DNA of 36,105 bases from Deinococcaceae bacterium (GTDB taxonomy: Bacteria > Deinococcota > Deinococci > Deinococcales > Trueperaceae). The position numbers and the translations under genes are program-made. The notes below the pieces were generated by a model that ran no database searches, had not been told where the DNA came from, and worked only from the letters and a program-made list of their open reading frames with translations. The DNA is taken from assembly GCA_040256005.1 (NCBI GenBank), contig JBDZWC010000014.1, positions 1-36,105 on the forward strand, given 5' to 3'. Below, in pieces: positions 8,513 to 16,377 of the stretch (position 1 is the stretch's first letter; each line of letters begins with the position of its first letter).

Positions 8513-10621
8513 CTACCGGGGCCCGCCGAGGACGAGCGAGCCCTCGGGCGGCGGCGACCGCAGGTCGCTGCAGCCGGCGTACGAGACCAGCACGTCCGCT
8601 GACACCGGCTCGCTTGCCTGCCCGAACTCGTCGAACAGGGTGATCGTGGCGCTGAGCACGTCGTTGGCCTCCTCGCTGCAGAACACGTAATGGGTGGCGG
8701 TGATCGTGCCGGTGCCTTCATTCCCACCGAACCCGCTAGCGTTCTCGCTGCCGACGAGGTCGACCATCGTCGAGACGCTGGAGCTGCCCAGGTCGTAGTC
8801 GATGCGGGCTCGCCTCAGGTTCTCCCCGTCGTCGAACCAGTCGATCGTGTAGGTGACCGCTACGTTGGTCTCGGCCGGGACGGCACCCGGCGAGGACGTG
8901 GCCGAGTTCGCGACCGGCGCCGGGTCTGCCTCGAAGGAGACCGTGAACAGGTCGTACTCCTCCTCGTAGAGGCCGCCACAGGCGTCCGACTCACGGCGCA
9001 GCACGATGTCGAGCGTGTTGACGTGGGTGGTGGAGAGGCTCCTCGCCTCCAGGGCGGCCAGGATGTCAACCTCCGGGAAGGCGTCGAGGGTGGCGGCCCG
9101 ATGCTCCTCTTCGCCACCTACCAGCACCACGAGCTCGTGGTCGACCAGGTTCCGCTCCTGGCCGCAACGCATCTGCTCCACCTGTCCGCGCAGGACGAGA
9201 TGCCCCGTCACGGGACCGGAGGTCTCCTCTTCCGTCTCGTGCTCTCCGGCATGCTGGGCCGGCTCGAACTCGACGCGCTGGTCGGTGAGCTCCACCGGGA
9301 CATCCGGATCGCTCCACACCTCGACGGTGAACGAGGACGCGCAGTGCTGAACGTCGTCGACCAGGTCGGCGTCCGTGTACGCGGCCGCTACGGAGCCGGG
9401 CAACATGCTGGCAGGGAGTATGGGCACCACCGGCACCCTCCGCTTGTCGAAGACCGCTTCGAAGAGGGAGTAGAGGTAGTAGTGGTCCGTGGACTGCAGG
9501 CACTCCTGGTATGCCTCGTCCCGATGCATCTCCAGGATCGGGTCGGAGACGTCCTTCTCCAGGTCCATGGCTATGTCGTCCATGTCGAGGAGGCTCGCCA
9601 TCCCGCGGAGGTCTATGACCTTCTTGGCCTCGTCGAGCAGCGACTCGTGCTCACTGGGCAGCTCGTCGAGGCTGCCGCGATAGAACTGGACGAACTGCGA
9701 GAACTTGTCGTGGACCACGCTCTTCCACGTCGCGGTGGCGGGGCACTCCACGCCTAGCCTCTGTAGCGTTGCGGCCCACGCTACGACCGGCTGGACGATC
9801 TCGGTGAACACGTCGTAGGTGTCGGCAGCGATGACATTGGCGTTGAGGACGACCTCGTCGTAGCGGGCGCAGGCCGCCGGCTTGGTCAGGCTCTGAAAGT
9901 CGTGGAACGCCTCGTAATCGCCGCAGTCCTGCGCGATAGCGCGCCCGTTGGTAGCGGCCCTTACCGCGCTCTCGAACGACTCCGAGGCGAAGAAGAGCTG
10001 ATAGCTGTGCTTGGCCGAGGCCAGCTTGCTGGCGCAGTCGGCTGGCGACGCCACGACCTCGCCGTCCGCTTCTGACTGGGTGGGGCCGAGCACATGACCC
10101 GCCGTGAGCTCTGGGTTCGAGGCCGGCTCCACGCCGCCGACATGCGCTTCTACCGGCAGGGTGAAGAAGCGCAGCTCGGCCGTCAGACGGCTCGCGGTCC
10201 TCGAGGTGGCCACGTAGACAGGCGCCGCGGTGCCGCCTAGGTGGAAGGTCGCGTCACCCGGGACCGTCACCCCCGGTGGGAGGGTGACCTCGAGCGTGGC
10301 CGGGGCGTGCAGCTGGAGGTCGGCAGGGCTGACGGTAAGCGCGGCCAGTTCACCGCCGGCGACCTGGTGCGGCTGGATCGCGACGGTGATCTCCCTGTCG
10401 AGCGCCCCGGCCGGGATCGAGAGACGGTAGGTCCCGCCGTCTTCCGCTGACGCCTGGACCTCGCCGCCCGCGGGGCCGATGAGCGCGCTGGCGGCTGGGG
10501 GCGAGGGCGGCTGGGGCGGGTCCTGTGTACATCCAGCCAGCGCCAGCATGATCGCGCCGGCGAACCACCCCCACCACCTGGGTCCAGTGCCATGTGTCGA
10601 TGTCGTCGGTACCTCGTGCAT
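8513..10621 (-). CDS. Cys-rich lipoprotein of unknown function with an N-terminal ZU5-like module
   Basis: Start placed at ATG 10621 (GGAGG 6 nt upstream). Lipobox LAGC, Pro linker (QDPPQPPSPP), IGPAGGEV...LSIPAGALDREITVAI motif, helical middle region, beta-rich C-terminus, 10 non-lipobox Cys. Confidence 0.8.
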   Translation of the reverse strand: MHEVPTTSTHGTGPRWWGWFAGAIMLALAGCTQDPPQPPSPPAASALIGPAGGEVQASAEDGGTYRLSIPAGALDREITVAIQPHQVAGGELAALTVSPADLQLHAPATLEVTLPPGVTVPGDATFHLGGTAAPVYVATSRTASRLTAELRFFTLPVEAHVGGVEPASNPELTAGHVLGPTQSEADGEVVASPADCASKLASAKHSYQLFFASESFESAVRAATNGRAIAQDCGDYEAFHDFQSLTKPAACARYDEVVLNANVIAADTYDVFTEIVQPVVAWAATLQRLGVECPATATWKSVVHDKFSQFVQFYRGSLDELPSEHESLLDEAKKVIDLRGMASLLDMDDIAMDLEKDVSDPILEMHRDEAYQECLQSTDHYYLYSLFEAVFDKRRVPVVPILPASMLPGSVAAAYTDADLVDDVQHCASSFTVEVWSDPDVPVELTDQRVEFEPAQHAGEHETEEETSGPVTGHLVLRGQVEQMRCGQERNLVDHELVVLVGGEEEHRAATLDAFPEVDILAALEARSLSTTHVNTLDIVLRRESDACGGLYEEEYDLFTVSFEADPAPVANSATSSPGAVPAETNVAVTYTIDWFDDGENLRRARIDYDLGSSSVSTMVDLVGSENASGFGGNEGTGTITATHYVFCSEEANDVLSATITLFDEFGQASEPVSADVLVSYAGCSDLRSPPPEGSLVLGGPR

Positions 10622-10717
10622 GCCGTCCTCCACGCTGGTGCCATGCGGCGGCGGCCTGCGGCTGTCCGGCCGCGGGCACCGCCTCCCTGGGTGACGCCAG
10701 AAGCGTCCTTGGAGGCG

Positions 10718-10751
10718 AGCTTGCTTGCGGGGGCGTTACGTAGGCGTCACG
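10718..10751 (-). promoter_or_regulatory. Direct-repeat activator site (CGTGACGC-CTA-CGTAACGC, 11-bp period), 9-nt spacer, weak -10 (CAAGCT) upstream of the Cys-rich lipoprotein gene
   Basis: On the + strand GCGTTACG lies at 10733-10740 and GCGTCACG at 10744-10751; on the minus strand CAAGCT lies at 10723-10718. Spacing is identical to the 8474-8507 element. Confidence 0.65.
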
Positions 10752-10788
10752 CGCGCTTTGGGCCAAAGCAGAGGGAGGAGGCGAGCCT

Positions 10789-11652
10789 TCAGCGCGAGCG
10801 GGGATCGAGCAGGTCACGCAGGCCGTCGCCCAGCAGGCTCCAGCCGAGGACGGTCCAGACGATGGCCAGACCCGGGACGAACGCTGGATACGGGCTCATC
10901 GCGAGGAAGCCCTGAGCCTCGCGCAGCATGTTGCCCCAGCTGGGCACGTCCGGCGGTGTGCCGAGACCAAGGAACGACAGGGCCGCCTCGGCCAGCACCG
11001 CCACGGCCAGGCTGAGGCTCGCCTGCACGACCAGCGGCCCGACGGCGCCCGGCAGCACATGCCGCCACAGGATGCGGGCGTCGCCAAGGCCCAGCGCCCT
11101 GCCGGCCTCGACGTAGTCGCGCTCCTTGATGCTGAGCACGCTGGACCTGGCGATGCGCGCGAAGATCGGCACCGTCGCGACGCCGATGGCGGTCATTGCC
11201 GTGAGCGTGCCGGGCCGGTAGACGGCTGCCAACAACAGGGCCATCAGGATCGCCGGGAAGGCGTAGAGCACGTCCACCAGCCGCATGATCACCTCGTCGA
11301 CGAGCCTGCCCACGAAGCCGGCGACGGCCCCCAACAGCGTGCCGGCGCCCAAGGCGATGCCGACGGCGAGGAAGCCCACGTACAGCGTTCCCCTGGCTCC
11401 CACCAGCAGCCGTGAGAACAGGTCGCGGCCGAAGTGGTCGGTCCCCAGCCAGTTCGCGGATGTCGGGCCGGTCAACTGGGCGGCGAAGTTCAGGGCGTTG
11501 GGCTCGTGGGGCGTCCACGCGAAGCTGACGAGCGCGCCCGTCACGACCGTGCCGATCAGGAACGCTCCCAACCACAGGTTGTAGCGGCGGCCCCGGGCGT
11601 AGCGGACGGGCGCGACAGCGCGCTTCGCAGCGGTGTGCGCCGCGTCAGTCAT
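10789..11652 (-). CDS. Peptide/nickel ABC transporter permease (DppC/OppC-like)
   Basis: Start MTDAAH at 11652. WLGTDHFGRDLFSRL, DEVIMRLVDVLYAFP, EAA loop DYVEAGRALG, EAALSFLGLG, PSWGNML, LLGDGLRDLLDPR. Confidence 0.93.
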   Translation of the reverse strand: MTDAAHTAAKRAVAPVRYARGRRYNLWLGAFLIGTVVTGALVSFAWTPHEPNALNFAAQLTGPTSANWLGTDHFGRDLFSRLLVGARGTLYVGFLAVGIALGAGTLLGAVAGFVGRLVDEVIMRLVDVLYAFPAILMALLLAAVYRPGTLTAMTAIGVATVPIFARIARSSVLSIKERDYVEAGRALGLGDARILWRHVLPGAVGPLVVQASLSLAVAVLAEAALSFLGLGTPPDVPSWGNMLREAQGFLAMSPYPAFVPGLAIVWTVLGWSLLGDGLRDLLDPRSR

Positions 11653-12589
11653 AGCGGATCCTCGGGTCGAGGAGGCCGTACGAGGCGTCGACCAGGAAGC
11701 CCAGGCCCACGATCGTCGCGGCGTAGAGCAGTATCTCCCCCTGCAGCAGGGGGAAGTCACGCGTCCCGATGGCCGTGAGCGCCAACCTGCCCAGGCCGGG
11801 CAGGGCGAAGACCTGTTCGATGACGATCGACCCGATGAAGACGTTCGACAGCGACAGGCCCAGGATCGTCACGATCGTGACCATCGCGTTGCGCAACGCG
11901 TGCTTGAGCACGACGCCGCGCTGGGGCAGGCCCTTGGACCGGGCGGTGCGGACGAAGTCCTGGGACAGGACGTCCAGCATCGCGGCGCGGGTCATGCGCG
12001 TCATCACGGCGGCCTGGCCGAGGCCCAGCGCCAACACGGGCAACAGCAGTGAGCGCGCCCAGCGCACCGGGTCCTCGGCGAACGGCACGAACCCGCTGGC
12101 GGGCAGCCACCTGAGCTCGACGGCGAAGTAGAGGATGAAGATCAGGCCCAGCCAGAAGCTGGGGATGGCGGCGCCGAGCTGCGAGAGCGAGGTCAGCAGG
12201 GGGTCCCAGAAGCTCCCTCGCCGCAGCGCGGCGAAGATCCCGATGGGGAACGCGATGAGGCACGCGATGAGCGCAGCCCCCAGCGCCAGTGGGACGCTGA
12301 CCCGCAGGCGGTCGGCGATGAGCCCGGAGACGGGTCGCTGATAGTTGAGCGACTCGCCCAGATCTCCCCTGAAGGCCCCGGCCAACCACCTCACGTAGCG
12401 CTCCGGCGCCGGCACGTCGAGGCCCAGCTGCCTGCTCAACGCCTGCCTGGCCTCGGGGGAGGCGTTCATGCCGAGGATCACCGCCGCCGGGTCTCCCGGG
12501 ACGGCGAGCAACGCGCCGAACACCACGACGCTGGCCAGCACCACGCTGAGGATCGCTGACAGGAAGCGCCTGACTAGGAACGCGAGCAT
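11645..12589 (-). CDS. Peptide/nickel ABC transporter permease (DppB/OppB-like)
   Basis: Start MLAFLVRR at 12589. VPGDPA, LGLDVP..ERY, GDLGES, IPSFWLG, QDFVRTARSKGL, HALRNA, IEQVFALPGLG, LDPRIRY. Confidence 0.94.
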   Translation of the reverse strand: MLAFLVRRFLSAILSVVLASVVVFGALLAVPGDPAAVILGMNASPEARQALSRQLGLDVPAPERYVRWLAGAFRGDLGESLNYQRPVSGLIADRLRVSVPLALGAALIACLIAFPIGIFAALRRGSFWDPLLTSLSQLGAAIPSFWLGLIFILYFAVELRWLPASGFVPFAEDPVRWARSLLLPVLALGLGQAAVMTRMTRAAMLDVLSQDFVRTARSKGLPQRGVVLKHALRNAMVTIVTILGLSLSNVFIGSIVIEQVFALPGLGRLALTAIGTRDFPLLQGEILLYAATIVGLGFLVDASYGLLDPRIRYD

Positions 12590-12610
12590 GTCACGAGATA
12601 CGTGCGGCGG

Positions 12611-12650
12611 AAGATAGAAGGAGGCGGCGCGCCCACAAGCGTGCCGCCCC
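12611..12650 (-). terminator. Stem-loop with pyrimidine tail between the substrate-binding and permease genes (partial terminator or mRNA stabiliser)
   Basis: Minus strand GGGGCGGCACGC-TTGTGG-GCGCGCCGCCTC followed by CTTCTATCTT: a 12-bp stem with one mismatch and one G-U pair. Confidence 0.55.
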
Positions 12651-12662
12651 CCGACGGGCCCC

Positions 12663-14165
12663 CTACGGAGCCCGGTAGACCTGCACGAGGTCGATCGCTG
12701 GCGTCGGCTGGTCGGTCCAGAAGCCGTACACGTCACGCTTCACGGCGACCAGGTAGGGCGACGAGAACACCCAGACGTTGACGGCGTCGTTGGCGATCGT
12801 CCTGGCGATCTCCTGGTACTTGGCCGTCGCTTCCTCCTGCGTCGGTGCGGTCTCTGCCTCCTCCAGCAGCTGAGCGATGGCCGGGTTGTCGTAGTGGTAG
12901 TAGTAGTCGGGGTTCGCGTAGACGTTGATGTCGCGCGGCTCCGAGTGCCCGATGATCGTCATGTCGTAGTCGCCGCCCAGGAAGATGCGGTCGATCCACG
13001 TCGCCCACTCGACCACGGACAGTTCCACGTCTATGCCCACCTGCTCGAGCTGCTGGGCTATCACCTCACCCGTACGTCGCTCGATGTTGTAGGGCTCGGG
13101 GAGCTCGAACTCGATCGTGAAGCCGTCGGGGTAGCCCGCCTCTTCCAGCAGCTCCCGCGCCCGCTGCGGGTCGTAGGGGTACGTCTCCGTGAGGTCGACG
13201 TAGTAGCCCTCGGAGGGGCTCATGTGCGTGCCGATGACGGTACCGAGCCCGAACATCGCGCCGTTCACGATCGCGTTCTTGTCGATGGCCAACGTGATCG
13301 CCTGACGCACCCGCACGTCGTCGAACGGCTCGCGGGTGTTGTTCATCGCCAGCGTGATCTCGGCGGTGCCCGTGCCCTGCGTCCCCTTGAGATCGGGGTT
13401 GGACAGCACCTGCTGGAACTGCTCGGGCAGCAGCGCCACGCCGATCATGTCGATGTCGCCGGCCTGCAGGGCGGCGAAGCGCGCGTTCGGGTCCGAGATG
13501 ATCCTGAACGTGGCGGAGTCGAGGTAGGGGAGCCCTTCCTCCCAGTAGCCGTCGAACCTATCGAGCCTGACGTGGCTGCCGGGCACGTACTCGGCGAACG
13601 TGAACGGGCCGGTACCCACCGGCTGAGTGCGCTGGGTCTCCGCCGTGCCGGAGGGGTTGATGACCGAGTCGGGCCGGGCGAGGTTGTAGAGCAGGCTCGA
13701 GCTGGGCCGCGACAGGTGGAAGGCGACCGTGTTCTCGTCGACGGCCTCGACCGACTCGATGGCCTCGTAGTACTGGCTGTTGGTGTGGCCGGAGTCGGGG
13801 TCCATGGCGCGCTCGAACTTCTCGATGACGTCCGCGGTGTCGAACGCCGAGCCGTCGTGGAAGGTGACGCCCTCGCGCAGCCTGAACGTCCACGTGAGGC
13901 CGTCGTCCGAGACGTTCCACTCGGTGGCCAGGGCGGGCACGATGGCGCCGGTGCGGTCGAACCTGACGAGACCCTGCATGACGTTGTCGTAGACGACGCG
14001 CGGGATCTCCTGAGAAGTGGATGCCGAAGGGTCCCACCCGGGCGGCTCTGCCGTGATCGCGACGACCAGGCTGCCGCCGGCCTGCGGCGCCGGGTCCTGA
14101 GCGGCCGCCCAGCCCGCGCAGAGGCCGACTGCCACTGCCAGCGAAAGGATCCACCTGTTGCGCAT
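12663..14165 (-). CDS. Peptide/nickel ABC transporter substrate-binding protein (SBP family 5, DppA/GsiB-like)
   Basis: Start MRNRWILS at 14165 with RBS AGGAGGAG. Sec signal peptide ending AAA-Q. IVPALATEWNVSDDGLTWTFRLREGVTFHDG, PVGTGPF, DVRVRQAITLAIDK, YPYDPQRARELLEEAGY. Confidence 0.95.
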   Translation of the reverse strand: MRNRWILSLAVAVGLCAGWAAAQDPAPQAGGSLVVAITAEPPGWDPSASTSQEIPRVVYDNVMQGLVRFDRTGAIVPALATEWNVSDDGLTWTFRLREGVTFHDGSAFDTADVIEKFERAMDPDSGHTNSQYYEAIESVEAVDENTVAFHLSRPSSSLLYNLARPDSVINPSGTAETQRTQPVGTGPFTFAEYVPGSHVRLDRFDGYWEEGLPYLDSATFRIISDPNARFAALQAGDIDMIGVALLPEQFQQVLSNPDLKGTQGTGTAEITLAMNNTREPFDDVRVRQAITLAIDKNAIVNGAMFGLGTVIGTHMSPSEGYYVDLTETYPYDPQRARELLEEAGYPDGFTIEFELPEPYNIERRTGEVIAQQLEQVGIDVELSVVEWATWIDRIFLGGDYDMTIIGHSEPRDINVYANPDYYYHYDNPAIAQLLEEAETAPTQEEATAKYQEIARTIANDAVNVWVFSSPYLVAVKRDVYGFWTDQPTPAIDLVQVYRAP

Positions 14166-14293
14166 GCTCTCCTCCTCCTGCGCCGGACGGAAAAGAGGTC
14201 CGGCGGAACGACCTATGGCTGATGGTGGGCATTCTTGCACGGGTCACGACCGGGTCCGAGCGGTCGGTGGGCCCTCGCGAGTACCGCCCTCGC

Positions 14294-15595
14294 CTAGCCG
14301 GCCAGGAGGTACTCGATGGCGGCCGCGGCGTAGAGACGCGCGGCAGCGATGGTGTCGGGCAGCCGCACGAACTCGTCGACCTGGTGGGGGATCGTGCGGT
14401 CGCCTGGACCGATCGTCACGATGGGGATGTCCTTCCAAGCCCACAGGAACGTGCCGTCCGTCGCGCCCGGGACGCCGCCGTAGCGTGGCGGGGTGCCCAG
14501 CACGGGCTCGTAGGCACGTTCCACCGCAGCGACGAGCGCGTCGGCGGGGTCCGTGGCGGTCCAGGGCCGGGACTCGAAGCAGTTCAGCTCGAAGCGCAGC
14601 CGCGGCGTGCGCGCCTCCAGGTCCCTGGCGATGGCGTTCATGTTGGCCTCTAGTTGGGCGTGGTCCTGACCCGGCACGGTGCGGACGTCGAGCGCCATGT
14701 ACGCCTCGTCCGGCATGACGTTCAGCTGGGCCTCGCCGCGGGCGGGCGCCTGGACGATGGTGGGCGTGATCCATGGCAGGCCCAGGTACTCGTGCTCGCC
14801 CACCCGCTCCTGCTCGCTGCTCTCGAGCTCCCGGAGGGCGACGACGAGGTCGGCGAGGCCGCGGATGGGGTTGACCCCGGCGTACGGCATGGCGCCATGG
14901 CTCATGACACCGTAGGCGCGCACGTGCAGGCGCATGGCGCCTTTCTGGAAGAGGCAGATCTCGTTCTCCTCGGGCTCGCACACGATCGCGCCGTCCACCT
15001 CGTCGGCCCAGCCGTTCGCGATGAAGGACTTGATGCCGAGCATCATGCCCTCCTCGTCCGCGACGATGCCCAGCCGCAGGCGGCCCGGGAGGTCCGGTGC
15101 GACGCGCCTCACGGCCTCGACGGCGGCGATCGCGGCGGCGACCCCGGCCTTCATGTCGGCGCTGCCGCGTCCGTGCAGGACGCCCGAGCCGGGCTCGCCG
15201 TCGGGCCCGGGCTCGACGCGTCCCTCGAAGGGCGGCACGCTCCAGACGGACGGGTCTCCCTCAGTGACGACGTCGGTGTGGCCTTCGAACATCAGCGTGC
15301 GGTGCCTGGACGCGTCGAACGCGCTGCCCTCGAAGTCGCAGATCACGTTGGGCCGGCCGGGCGCCGCCTCCTCGACGACGGGCTCGAACCCCGCCGCCCT
15401 GAGCTGGTCGGCCACGTACCGCGCCGCCGGCGCCTCTGTCGTGCCCCTGGCCTCGTCGTAGACGCTCCTGACCCGCACGAGGCCCTGGGCCAGCTCCACG
15501 ACCCGAGCCGGGTCGACGGCCTCGGCCGCCAACAGTGCGAGCGCGGCGACGTCGCCCGCCCACACGCTCGAGCCGGGACCGTCGCCGTCCGTCAT
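14294..15595 (-). CDS. M20 family metallo-amidohydrolase (ArgE/DapE-like)
   Basis: Start MTDGDG at 15595 (ATGA overlap with the SDR stop). Metal ligands in GHTDVV, GRGSADMKAG, DEEG, CEPE, PHQVDE. Confidence 0.92.
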   Translation of the reverse strand: MTDGDGPGSSVWAGDVAALALLAAEAVDPARVVELAQGLVRVRSVYDEARGTTEAPAARYVADQLRAAGFEPVVEEAAPGRPNVICDFEGSAFDASRHRTLMFEGHTDVVTEGDPSVWSVPPFEGRVEPGPDGEPGSGVLHGRGSADMKAGVAAAIAAVEAVRRVAPDLPGRLRLGIVADEEGMMLGIKSFIANGWADEVDGAIVCEPEENEICLFQKGAMRLHVRAYGVMSHGAMPYAGVNPIRGLADLVVALRELESSEQERVGEHEYLGLPWITPTIVQAPARGEAQLNVMPDEAYMALDVRTVPGQDHAQLEANMNAIARDLEARTPRLRFELNCFESRPWTATDPADALVAAVERAYEPVLGTPPRYGGVPGATDGTFLWAWKDIPIVTIGPGDRTIPHQVDEFVRLPDTIAAARLYAAAAIEYLLAG

Positions 15596-16377
15596 AGGGG
15601 CGGCGTGAAGCGGCCGTCGACGGCCGTCCAGCCGCCGTCCACGTAGAGCAGCGAACCGGTGACGAAGCTCGACGCGTCGGATGCGAGGAACACGACGGCG
15701 CCCACCAGCTCGCTGGGTTGGGCCCAGCGGCCGAGCGCGCTCTTCTGGGCGTAGGCCTGGTACCAGTCGGGCCGGTCCTTGATCTGCTTGGTGAGCGGCG
15801 TCTCTACCACGCCGGGGGCGACCGCGTTGGCCCTCACCCCGCGCGGCCCCCACTCGGCCGCGGCCGCCCTGATCATCTGCAGGGTGCCGGCCTTGGTGGC
15901 GGCGTACACGCCCTGGCCAGGCTCCACCACCTGCGAGCGGATGCTGGAGAAGAAGACCATGCTGCCCTTACCCTGCGCCGCCATGCGGCTGCCGGCCTCG
16001 CGCAGGGCGAAGAAGTTGCCTCGCAGGTTGATGCCAACGACCCTGTCGAACTCCTCCGCGCTCACGTTCGCCAGGGGCTTGCGCACGTTGATCGCCGGCG
16101 TGCACACGAGCACGTCGAGCGCGGGCATGCTCTCGACGAGCGCCTTCACGTCCGCCTCAGAGGCGACGTCGGCCCCGACCCCCCGCGCCGCCGCGCCGCG
16201 CGCGGAGGCCTCTGCGGCGACGGCCTCGGCCGCCTTCGGGTCGAGGTCGGCGCAGGTCACCTCGGCTCCGAAGTCGGCGAGACCGTGCACGGTGGCGCGA
16301 CCGATGCCGGACCCGGCGCCGATGACGAGAGCGTGCTTGCCCGTGAGGTCGAAGAGGTCGCGGTAGTTGGTCGTCAT
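15592..16377 (-). CDS. Short-chain dehydrogenase/reductase (classical SDR)
   Basis: Rossmann motif GAGSGIG, acidic ADLD (NAD-type), catalytic S...YAATK, RANAVAPGVVETPL, SFVTGSLLYVDGG. Confidence 0.95.
   Translation of the reverse strand: MTTNYRDLFDLTGKHALVIGAGSGIGRATVHGLADFGAEVTCADLDPKAAEAVAAEASARGAAARGVGADVASEADVKALVESMPALDVLVCTPAINVRKPLANVSAEEFDRVVGINLRGNFFALREAGSRMAAQGKGSMVFFSSIRSQVVEPGQGVYAATKAGTLQMIRAAAAEWGPRGVRANAVAPGVVETPLTKQIKDRPDWYQAYAQKSALGRWAQPSELVGAVVFLASDASSFVTGSLLYVDGGWTAVDGRFTPPL

Noticed and set aside
2971..10792. Weak similarity at the two ends of the lipoprotein block (GGGAGGGAGCCTCAG vs GGGAGGAGGCGAGCCTTCAG) as possible att sites or target duplication
   Set aside because: Short, gapped and low-complexity; no integrase, transposase or tRNA nearby.
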